Of a DNA stretch of 64,000 bases, positions 53,798-64,000 are shown piece by piece. Made by a program: the position numbers and the translations under genes. Positions within the stretch are counted from its first letter, which is position 1. Each line of letters opens with the position of its first letter. The notes below the pieces were generated by a model that worked only from the letters and a program-made list of their open reading frames with translations, ran no database searches and was not told where the DNA came from. The stretch is from Macrostomum lignano (taxonomy: Eukaryota): assembly GCA_002269645.1 (NCBI GenBank), contig NIVC01000033.1, positions 113,335 to 177,334 of the forward strand, in the 5' to 3' direction.

Positions 53798-54607
53798 TGT
53801 AGTGACTTGGCTGCTAACTGGCTATTCAGCAGCATTTACTAGCTATCTCTACGGGCTCTGTGATCCGCTGCACAGCAGCTCAGTCCCCTGTGCTGGGCCT
53901 AAGTGTTTACTACCCGATGACTCATCACCTGCCCTCGCGCGCGCGGAGTGTAATGGCTGCCTAGAGGGAGTAAACAGGATGACTCATCCGCCCAAGTTAT
54001 ATTTTTAGCACAGAATAAGCACGTGACTGTGCACGCATGCTATGCGTGGCCTCTGACCTTAAATTACGCCACTGCTGCGTGACAGGGTTACCTTATTTGG
54101 AAGTTGGCCTTGGATCACGCATCGCTCGCATGATTCTAAGGACCAAATAAGGGAGTTTCACGCGCTCACCGCATGAAACTCACGTGACTTTTGGGGGTCC
54201 GCTCGGCTATAAATACAGAGCATCTGGGAGCCGTTTTTTCCCCCAGAGCGTCTCGTCGCGGAGCAGGAGCTGCCTCTCTGCCTCCGAGCTCTCCTCTCTC
54301 ATTTCAGGATTTTCAGGTTTTCAGGTTCGAGCAGCAATTTTAGGAACGATCAACTGTCGAGACATTTTTCAGATTTGCCTTGCTCCGAGCGACTTCGTTA
54401 TTTTATTTCAGGTGACGGATAGACAACTCTGTCGACGCGTCGAGTCTGCACACCAAGGTGGCAGCAACCCTACCAAGTCTAAGGCTAACGTTTTAGGTTC
54501 TTTTTCAGGCAAATCGATAGGTAGTACAACAGTACTATCTAGCTACTTCCGGAGCAGCGAGTTCTATTTCTAGGAACCTCTTCAAGAACTCGGGAAGGAG
54601 CGTAACA
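53798..54607. mobile_element. Solo LTR (810 bp)
   Basis: Starts TGTAGTGAC and ends CGTAACA. 4-bp TSD TTTC at 53794-53797 and 54608-54611. Removing it restores a minisatellite unit. TATA-like CTATAAATA near 54207. Confidence 0.8.
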
Positions 54608-55606
54608 TTTCCTTAGCGTGGCGCCCATGTTTCAAGTTGGACGCGAATCTAGCAGCGCCTCAGATAATAAAACTCAAAATATGAGCAGCTCAGAAAGTGA
54701 AAGTGCATTATTGCATGTAGCTCGCACTGTTGAAGAAAAAAGGAATCCATTTAACATTTTTTCTCCATGGAAATATGACTAATTTTCCTAGTAAGCAAAA
54801 AAAGATTCCTGGAGCATATGGTATGCTGGCTGTTGAGACCGAGCCCGCCCAGGGGCATTCAATGTTGAGCGGCTCCCAGATCCCGGCTGAGCCACAGCCA
54901 GTCATAAGCTGCTTCAGACAGACCCCGACAGGAGATCGCAGAGACAGAAAGACAGAGAACTCAGACTTTCCTCACAATTTTTACTCAGTTCCGAAAGCCA
55001 GAAAAATCTAAGCGAGCCAAGCAGCTCAGCCCAGCGCAGAGATAAAGTCGGGTGCAGGGGGGGGGAGTCCTCTCTTGGGGCTTAGCGAGCCCAGTCGGAG
55101 GTGCCTGCAATGCAAAGGTAAATCCGCAGCTTGGTGGGTGGGAGAGAGCTGAGCAGGCAAGGGTAAGCGGGCAGCAGCTACTCAGTACTCGCTCACCTAT
55201 AAGCCGATTCTGAGAGCTTGTCTCTGCTGAGCCCGCCAGCTTGTGCCTCTCCCTTCCCTCGTTGCGGCACTGCGCTGTACATTGCGCACCCGCGCGGGAC
55301 TGCCGCTTTGCCGGCCCAAGAAAATAAAGGAAGAAAGGCCTTTGGGACACGCAGTCAGCAAGCCAAAGCCTTCCGTGTGTCTGTGTGGGACTCTCGGCAG
55401 CTCGCTCGGGGCAGAGGCGTCACCCCTGCTTCCCCAACCGCCCCCTCGGCTGCTTCTACGCGCGCAGAAATTGCCAAGCTGAGCCCCCAAAACTGCTCAG
55501 CTCAGCCTTGGAATAACAGATAATTTTATATACTGAAATCCTCCCATTCTCTGACGCCTCTCCCAATTCCGATTTCGTAAGCTCAAGGCAGCAGCGACGC
55601 GCAAAG

Positions 55607-56668
55607 ATGAAGCGCAGGCCGAACTTCAGCCCCGCCGAGATGGAGGCGCTGATCGACGGCGTGGCGGCCAGCCGGGCGGTGGTGGCCGGCGCCAGCTCCG
55701 GCCGGGTGTCCAAGGCCAGCAAGGAGCGGGCCTGGCTGGCCATCACCGGCGGGGTGAACGCCGTTAGCCAGCTGCACCGCACCGTCGGCGAGGTCAGGAA
55801 GAAGTGGAAGAATCTCCGCATGGTGACGAAGGCCAAGAAGGAAGCGCTGCTGTCCGAGCTGGTCCAGGCGTGCCGCAGCCCCGATGGCCACGGTGGCGGC
55901 GCGGTGGACGCGGCAGCCGCCGCGCTGAAGCAGCTGAGCCCGACAGAGTGCCGCGTCATGGAGATCCTGGAGGGCGGAGCCGCCACCGCCGCTGTCGACG
56001 CCGCCATAGACGATCTGGATGACGGCCACCAGCTCGGCGACGACGGCAACTGGTCGACAGACGGCGACGCCGCCGACGCCGAGCAGGAGCGGCCGCTGCC
56101 GATCGACAGGTCGGAGATCATCCTCACCCGCCGCCTGCCACGCCCGGCCTCACCGCTGCCGCTGCCTCCGGCACCGCCGACGCTGACTCTGATGCCGGCC
56201 GCGGCCCAGGCAGCGGTGGCGGCAGCTCCGCCCGCCCTGTTGAAGCCGTCGATCCTGACGGTCGTCGAGTCGCTTCAGCGACGCCTGCTGGCAGACGCCG
56301 AGGCTGCAGCGGCGACCGCGGCAAGCCCGACCGCGCCTCCGTCACCAACGGCCAAAAGCCGCGACCGGCACTGCAGCCGGCCCTGCCAGCGCTGCCGCTG
56401 CTGCCACTGCCGCCCCTCCCCGTCGGCAGGCAGCGGCGAGCAGCACCCGGCCGAGTCCATCGAGCGCCGCCTGCTGCGAGTCGAAGAGCGCCGGCTGCGG
56501 CTCGAGCGCGAGAAGCTGGCCGCCCTGCGCAGCATAGGCGCCAGTCTGCGCCACATCGCCGGCGCCCTGACGATCGGCAACGGAGCGCCGGCTGCGCTTA
56601 GCGACGCCTGCCAGGTTGTTAAGGACGCCGATGAGGAGAGTCAAGAAGCTTCTCAGCAGGATTACTAG
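55607..56668 (+). CDS. Intronless Myb/SANT-like DNA-binding protein (Harbinger-related, NAIF1/MSANTD type; 353 aa)
   Basis: RRPNFSPAEMEALIDGV...KERAWLAITGGVNAV...RTVGEVRKKWKNLR, plus a C-terminal coiled coil ERRLLRVEERRLRLEREKL. Confidence 0.88.
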   Translation: MKRRPNFSPAEMEALIDGVAASRAVVAGASSGRVSKASKERAWLAITGGVNAVSQLHRTVGEVRKKWKNLRMVTKAKKEALLSELVQACRSPDGHGGGAVDAAAAALKQLSPTECRVMEILEGGAATAAVDAAIDDLDDGHQLGDDGNWSTDGDAADAEQERPLPIDRSEIILTRRLPRPASPLPLPPAPPTLTLMPAAAQAAVAAAPPALLKPSILTVVESLQRRLLADAEAAAATAASPTAPPSPTAKSRDRHCSRPCQRCRCCHCRPSPSAGSGEQHPAESIERRLLRVEERRLRLEREKLAALRSIGASLRHIAGALTIGNGAPAALSDACQVVKDADEESQEASQQDY

Positions 56669-56803
56669 AGACTGTTGTGACCAGATACTCAACTTTGAGT
56701 TCCCTTTTATTGATGGTGGCTGAGCATTTCTCAACTCAGAACTTTGAGCCACAGGCAGTGGCAGCCTCTGCTGCTTCCGATGCCTAAGCTTCTCCTTGTG
56801 CCA

Positions 56804-57096
56804 GACTGACTGACTGACTGACTGACTGACTGACTGACTGACTGACTGACTGACTGACTGACTGACTGACTGACTGACTGACTGACTGACTGACTGACTG
56901 ACTGACTGACTGACTGACTGACTGACTGACTGACTGACTGACTGACTGACTGACTGACTGACTGACTGACTGACTGACTGACTGACTGACTGACTGACTG
57001 ACTGACTGACTGACTGACTGACTGACTGACTGACTGACTGACTGACTGACTGACTGACTGACTGACTGACTGACTGACTGACTGACTGACTGACTG
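56804..57096. repeat. (GACT)n microsatellite
   Basis: About 73 perfect units. Confidence 0.98.
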
Positions 57097-57714
57097 AATG
57101 GGTCAGGAATGACTATTTCAGTTTTCAATCGCCTTATTTTAAGTGGCCTAATTTGTTAAAAATATGCATCCTATTTCAGCCAAAATCGCAAGCCGCACCT
57201 GGTGTTTGATTGACGCTATTCTCTTACAGCCAACTAAATGCCAATGATTATAAAAACCATAACAGTTTACAACTCATTGCTTTCAACAAACATGACTTTT
57301 TAATAATGAATGACTTTTTAAGGTATTAAATTGAAAGTAAAAAAAATTGTATCAAAAATCAATTAAGTAAACTTTTCTTATAATTGAAAAGTACTAAGCA
57401 AAATATGCGCATAGGTAATGATTGAAACATAGCCGAAAATATATAGCTCACTTACAACAAGGCCTTAATAGCTCTTGACTAATACGGAGCGAGACAGTAA
57501 AGAGCACAAATACTTGCATGCCAGGGAATGAAAATGTATGTGCAACCCGCTGCAAAACAAAATATGGAGCTTATTAAGCACGGATAAAGTAATTGCTGAG
57601 CCGTAACAACTACAAATAACAGAAGTTGGGGGTCATTTGAATACGCTACAGTTATCGAGTTATGTACATAAGGACAGATGTACATGTAGTTACTTTTGGG
57701 GTCATTTCAAGACA

Positions 57715-58040
57715 GAACAGGTTTGGGGTCATCTGAGGATGCAACGGACTTGGGGTCATCTGAGGACACAACGGACTTGGGTTCATCAAAAGACATAATG
57801 GACTTAGGGTCATCTGAGGACATAACGGACTTGGGGGTCATCTGAGGACATAACGGACTTGGGGGTCATTTGAGGACATAACGGACTTTGGGTCATTTGA
57901 GGACATAACGGACATAGGGTCATTTGAGGACGTAATGGACTTGGGGTCATTTGAGGACATAATGGACTTGGGGTCATTTGAGGACATAATGGACTTGGGG
58001 TCATTTGAGGACATAATGGACTTGGGGTCATCTGGGATCA
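57715..58040. repeat. ~27-bp minisatellite
   Basis: Variants of GGACTTGGGGTCATTTGAGGACATAAC. Confidence 0.9.
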
Positions 58041-58694
58041 TTTATGAATGCAATGCCAAGCCAAACTGAATATCTAAAAACTGATGGAAAGTCAGCCCTG
58101 CCAGCCCAAAAACCTACTCGCTAGCCCGCACATTGCAGAGCATAGCTACTAAAAAACTGACAAAAAATCCTGACAAGGCAGATAAAAACGGAGCACACGG
58201 ACAAGAAGACCCAGTTCAAAGTCGTATTGCACATAACCTTTGTTCCCGGCCGTACCTGGCACTGTCAATCAAAAATTAAAAAAACTACGCTCCGCACGCG
58301 CGCTTAAAAAATTGTCGAAGGCGGCGACACAACAGAAGGCACTAAAATATGACAGCACTGCGCCTTGGCAGACAAATAATGAGGGAAATTTGACAAATAG
58401 CCACAAAAGAATAATAATACAAGACATAAGTACTCTGCTCTGGGTAATTTTATTGAGCAAACCAGTTAGTCAATACAATAGTGGAGGGCTTCAGGCACAT
58501 GGTACGCACACGACAGGGGTAAGCTCTTTGCTTGATTAAATGTCGTTTTCATTTATCTATAAAGCTTAGGATACTGCTCCTAAGAAAGCGTGGACTGTCT
58601 CGGAGAAGATTGCCTGCCAATAACGGAAAGTGTCGACAAATCTTCGGCAGAATGTACGGCCGTCTAGGGAAACTATTTTTTGAGATTGTCTTTG

Positions 58695-59390
58695 ACCGAA
58701 TGTGTAGGTTGTCCATGGCGGAATGTGTAGGTTGCCTATGGTCAAATGTGTGGGTTGTCCATGGCAGAATGTGTAGTTTGTCTATGGCAAAATGTGTAGG
58801 TTGTCAATGGCAGAAAGTGTAGTTCGTCTATGGCAGAATGTGTAGTATGTCTATGGCAGAATGTGTAGGCTGTCTATGGTAAAATCTGTAGGTTGTCTAT
58901 GGCAGAATGTGTAGGCTGTCTATGGCAGAATGTGTAGGTTGTCTATGGCAGAATGTGTAGGTTGTCTATGGTAAAATGTGTAGGTTGTCTATGGCAGAAT
59001 GTGTAGGTTGTCTATGGCAGAATGTGTGGGTTGTCTATGGCAGAATGTGTAGGTTGTCTATGGTAAAATGCGTAGGTTGTCTATGGCAGAATGTGTAGGT
59101 TGTCTATGGTAAAATGTGTAGTTTGTCTATGGCAGAATGTGTAGGCTGTCTATCGTAAAATCTGTAGGTTGTCTATGGCAGAATGTGTAGGTTGTCTATG
59201 GCAGAATGTGTAGGTTGTCTATGGTCAAATGTGTGGGTGGTCTATGAAAAAAATTTGTAGTTTTTCTATGGCAAAATGCGTAGTTTGTCTATGGCAGAAT
59301 GTGTCTCGTCTATGGTAAAATGTGTGGGTTCTCTACAATAAAATGTGCGAGTTGTCTATGGTAAATACGTGGGTTATCTATGGCAGAATG
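58695..59390. repeat. 23-bp minisatellite
   Basis: About 28 variants of GTGTAGGTTGTCTATGGCAGAAT. Confidence 0.93.
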
Positions 59391-59551
59391 GAGCTTATGC
59401 ATAGCCGATTTGGGATTTTGGCAGATTTTTTCGTTGCCAAAGACGGAATTTGCGGCTCGCACAATTAAAAAAACGCTAATTGAAGTGAAGGACAGAAACC
59501 AAGGATTACCAAGAAGACCAACTAAAGCCTGAAGTCGAACTGAGATGTCAA

Positions 59552-60856
59552 TCAAATCTTTGAGTGCCGCAGCTGGAACCCGTTGTTGTTGCTATGCAAA
59601 ATTCTGTCGCCATCATCCAGCCTGAGATTCGCCGCCGCATCGTCCTCGCCTTCGTCTCGCCGAAGATTTGCCAATCTCTGAAGATTTTCGCCGGACTTTG
59701 CCCGACGAATCCGACGGGCCGCTTGGCCGAAAACTTGGCCGAGGAAGCCCAGGCCGATGCCGAACATGGTGACGGCTCCAAGCCGCCCGAGAAAGTCTGT
59801 GGCCGGGTTGGCCAAGTAGGACACGGTGAGGCAGCCGCCCACGCACAGCCGCATCAGGCAGAATGACACCAGGAAGGTCAGCTCTACGACTAGCAGCAGC
59901 TGGGACCTGCGAGTGAGCAGTTCATGACCACAGCTAATCAGAATGAGCAGTTCATGACCACAGCTAATCAGAATGAGCAGTTCACGACCACAGCTAATCA
60001 GAATGAGCAGTCCATGACAAGATAACCAGAATGAGCAGGACCTATGACCACAGCTAATCAGAATGAGCAGTCCATGACCACAGATAACCAGAATGAGCAG
60101 TCCATGATCACAGCAAGTCAGAATGAGCAGTCTATGACCACAGTTATTCAGAACCATGACCACAGCTAATCAGAATGAGCAGTCTATGACCACAGTTATT
60201 CAGAACCATGACCACAGCTAATCAGAATGAGCAGTCCATGATCACAGCAAGTCAGAATAAGCAGTCTATGACCACAGTTATTCAGAACCATGACCACAGC
60301 TAATCAGAATGAGCATTTCATGACTACAGCTAATCAGAATGAGCAGTTCATGACCCCAGCTAACCAGAGTGAGCAGTTCATGACCACAGATAACCAGAAT
60401 GAGCAGTTCATGACCACAGATAACCAGAATGAGCAGTCCATGTCAAGATAACCAGAATGAGCAGTCTATGACCCCAGATAACGAGAATGAGCAGGATCTA
60501 TGACCACAGCTAATCAGAATGAGCAGTCCATGACCACAGCTATTCAAAATGAGCAGTAAAATGACCAACAGCAGCTCAAACCAACCTGAGCGGACTGTTC
60601 CCGCGGCCGGAATTTCTTAGAAACCAGCGCATCTGCAGCAGCGGGTTGGTGCACTCGCTACCGCCAATGGTGATGGTGAGCTCCGGTGCCCATCGGCAGC
60701 CGAAGAGCGACATGGCCAGGCCGAACACGCTGGCGCAGTGGTGCAGCAGCATCAGGGGTCCTTCGGTGCGGTGCAGCAGGCACCAGGCCAGGTCAAAACG
60801 AAAATAGCCCAAGCACACGGTGAACAGGAGCCGCTCCAGGCAGTTGTAGGGCTGGC
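59552..60856 (-). CDS. TLCD5: TLC-domain membrane protein TMEM136/TLCD5, last two exons (5' exon not located)
   Basis: Exons 60856-60586 and 59906-59552. Motifs CLGYFRFDLAWCLLHRTEGPLMLLHH and GSECTNPLLQMRWFLR match TMEM136. Confidence 0.85.
59915..60560. repeat. 30-bp minisatellite filling the last TLCD5 intron
   Basis: Variants of CAGAATGAGCAGTTCATGACCACAGCTAAT. Confidence 0.94.
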
Positions 60857-60904
60857 CTGGACAGTCGGGGTGAACACAGGTGCGTTATGCGTAGGTGCAT
60901 TAAA

Positions 60905-61360
60905 GCGATTCTCACGGGTGGATTAGGGCCATTCTCACGGGTGGATTAGGGCCATTCTCACGGGTGGATTAGGGCCATTCTCACGGGTGGATTAGGGCCA
61001 TTCTCACGGGTGGATTAGGGCCATTCTCACGGGGGGATTAGGGTGATCTCACAGGTGGATTAGTGATGATTCTAAAAGGTGGATTTGGGTGATTCTCACA
61101 GGTGGATTAGGGTGATTCTCACAGGTGGATTAGGGCGATTCTCACGGGTGGATTAGGGCCATTCTCACGGGTGGATTAGTGATGATTCTAAAAGGTGGAT
61201 TTGGGTGATTTTCACGGATGGATTAGGGTGATTTACCCGAATGGATTAGTGATGATTCTAAAAGGTGGATTTGGGTGATTTTAACGGGTGGATTAGGGTG
61301 ATTTTCATGGATTGATCAGTGGTGATTCTCACGCGGGGATTAGTGGCGACTCTCACCTGC
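60905..61360. repeat. 23-bp minisatellite upstream of the TLC-domain exon
   Basis: GGGCCATTCTCACGGGTGGATTA, decaying rightwards. Confidence 0.92.
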
Positions 61361-62734
61361 GGATTAGGGCGCCGCTAAAAATAAAGCCTATCGAATATAA
61401 AATCTGAAGGCATTAATTAAGCCTGTATTTACAGCCAGTAAAATTGATAGAATCGCAAAATTTCTGAGGGAGCAGCTGAGACGTGCAGTAGATCCATAGA
61501 CATAATCGAATTGTCGCGGGTGCCAGAAACAAAGGAAAACAAGAAGTTAGAGGAAGATTAGAAAACAACATAAGAGAAATCGAATTAGAAACAATGGTAG
61601 ATTGTTACGCTACGCGCGCGCTGTGCGCTACGCGCACTCGTGTTTGGCCATTATTTCAGCCCCTTACCTACTACGCAACGTCATTGTCTATAAGACACAG
61701 CCTGGCCATTATTTCAGCGTGCCGGAAGCGGTCATTATTTCAGGGTAAGAGTCTGCGTGCGTGCGACTGCGTAAAGAGGGCGGTGGTTGGGCCATAGACT
61801 ATAAATAAAAAAGCTGTTGGGCCATAGACTATAAATGAATAAGCTGATGATAGGCTTGAGCTGACGAGAAGTAGAGATAGTCGAGATCGAGGATTAACAG
61901 AGCTGTCTTTTCTTTTTTCGGCTATGGCGCTTATCAATTGGTCGCATCTTCCCGTGGACAGCCTTAACGGAGTAACTAGATATGAGAACGGAGTAACTAG
62001 ATATGAGAACTACTATCCGAGCTAAGTGCAAAGGAGCTTCAGTGGAGGTGAGACAGGAGACGCGGATGAAGCATGGTAAGTACATGTACATTAAGTTGTA
62101 AGTAAATTAGCGGCAATACTATTGGTTATATAGAAACTGTGAATTTTTTACAATACCCATTAATCTGCAGGTCGGATGGATTCGGAAAGTGCAGTTCGGT
62201 TTTTCGAGAATTGCCACTTCAAGAATTGCACGTTTCATTTTTAATGAGCAACTTCTGATGAACAGACTACGACTACTATGTTGTTTTTGTGTTAGGCGCG
62301 TTTTCTGCTAAATACTCGTAGTTTTGTGGCTAAATAGTTTTGACTATCATTTTTCTTCTCACTAATATTACTATTGTTATGATTATCATTACTGTGAACA
62401 TTATTCCCTTATGCCGGTTAATATATGAATACTTTAACTAATCGTCTATGGTTCAAACGTCTGTTAAAGCTGAAATAATGGCCAGTTGAGTTTGTCATTA
62501 CGCCAGGCTGTGTCTTCTGGACAATGTACCCTTCGTGGAGGTCATGGAGGTCCAAAACAAAGTGGCCCTAAAATTAAAATGATGCTGGCCATCCAAGTTG
62601 CTAAAATAATATTAGCTGTATTGAAAGCTGGCTGCTTGACAGCGTTTAAATAATAAGTATTGAATATTTATTAACTATTAATAACTATTAATATTTAAAT
62701 GCATGACGAACGCTTTTGAAAAAATACCATCGGA

Positions 62735-64000
62735 TACCATGCACCCCTGGAATTTAAAAACTCATATAGACACCTGGGATAAAATCCCATTGAATCCTGT
62801 CGACACCTGGGAAAAATCCCCAAAATCCCCACCGAATTCCATAGACACCTGGGATAAAAATTCCCCATTGAGTCCCATAGAAACCTGGGAAAAAATCCCC
62901 AGAGTCCTATAGGCACCTGGGATAAAACCCCACCGAGTCCCACAGACAACTGGGATAAAAATCCCCACTTAGTCCCACAGACATCTGGGATAAAAATTCC
63001 CCATTGAGTCCCATAGAAACCTGGGAAAAAATCCCCAGAGTCCTATAGGCACCTGGGATAAAACCCCACTGAGTCCCACAGACACCTGGGATAAAAATTA
63101 CCGTTGAATGCCATAGACATCTGGGATAAAAATCCACACTGAATCCCATAGACGCCTGAGATAAAAATCCCCACTGAATCCCATAGACGCCTGAGATAAA
63201 AATCCTCACTGAATCCCATAGACACCTGAGATAAAAATCCCCATTGAATCCCATAGACACCTGGGATAAAAAACACCGCTGAATCCCATAGACACCTGGG
63301 ATAAAAATCACCGCTGAATCCTATAGACACCTGGGATAAAAATCCCATTAAATCCCATAGACACCTGGGACAAAAATCCACACTGAATCCCATAGACACC
63401 TGAGATAAAAATCCCATTAAATCCCATAGACACCTGGGACAAAAATCCACACTGAACCCCATAGACACCTGAGATAAAAATCCCATTAAATCCCATAGAC
63501 ACCTGGGACAAAAATCCACACTGAATCCCATAGACACCTGAGATAAAAATCCCATTAAATCCCATAGACACCTGGGACAAAAATCCACACTGAATCCCAT
63601 AGACACCTGAGATAAAAATCCCATTAAATCCCATAGACACCTGGGACAAAAATCCACACTGAATCCCATAGACACCTGAGATAAAAATCCCATTAAATCC
63701 CATAGACACCTGGGATAAAAATCCACACTGAATCCCATAGACACCTGAGATAAAAATCCCATTAAATCCCATAGACACCTGGGACAAAAATCCACACTGA
63801 ATCCCATAGACACCTGAGATAAAAATCCCATTAAATCCCATAGACACCTGGGACAAAAATCCACACTGAATACGAGCTAACAACAAACAAATGAGATAAA
63901 AATCCCATTAAATTTCCATAGACACCTGGGACAAAAATCCACACTGAACCCCATAGACACCTGAGATAAAAATCCCATTAAATCCCATAGACACCTGGGA
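62735..64000. repeat. 34/35-bp minisatellite with a 69-bp higher-order repeat, running off the window
   Basis: CCCATAGACACCTG(G/A)GA(T/C)AAAAAT... monomers, with a regular two-monomer alternation from about 63330. Confidence 0.95.

Noticed and set aside
56784-57128. 114-aa SQSV ORF
   Set aside because: Translation of the (GACT)n microsatellite.
61354-61403. Candidate missing TLCD5 exon (ILYSIGFIFSGALIR) with a GTGAG donor
   Set aside because: It ends in phase 2 while the next exon needs phase 1, and the donor is part of a degenerate minisatellite unit.
62002-62080. Plus-strand ATG...CATG|GTAAGT possible first exon
   Set aside because: No recognisable protein similarity and no downstream exon found in the window.
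62695-63886. Several ORFs up to 273 aa
   Set aside because: Tandem-repeat translations.

Overview
Eukaryotic (metazoan) genomic DNA. GC-rich exons, a private minisatellite in most introns and TTAGGG repeats suggest a macrostomid flatworm, but this is inference. From left to right: (1) A head-to-tail array of an intact CsRn1-clade Ty3/gypsy retrotransposon with shared LTRs (period 4093 bp), lying antisense in an intron of Rab2. (2) Rab2 exons 1-4 on the minus strand. Its 9.2-kb first intron is an AT-rich, CpG-eroded block of nested fossil elements, including interstitial telomeric repeats and a SAP-domain gag relic. (3) A full-length DD34D mariner carrying one nonsense codon. (4) A SoxF-like gene and a calmodulin/myosin-light-chain-like gene on the plus strand. 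(5) A tightly packed minus-strand run PEX1 > OXA1L > ATP5F1A. (6) A second AT-rich, CpG-poor block. (7) A double-module sarcoplasmic Ca-binding protein gene, a solo LTR, an intronless Myb/SANT gene and the 3' part of TLCD5/TMEM136. No rRNA, tRNA or CRISPR features were found. All alignments and counts were done by eye.
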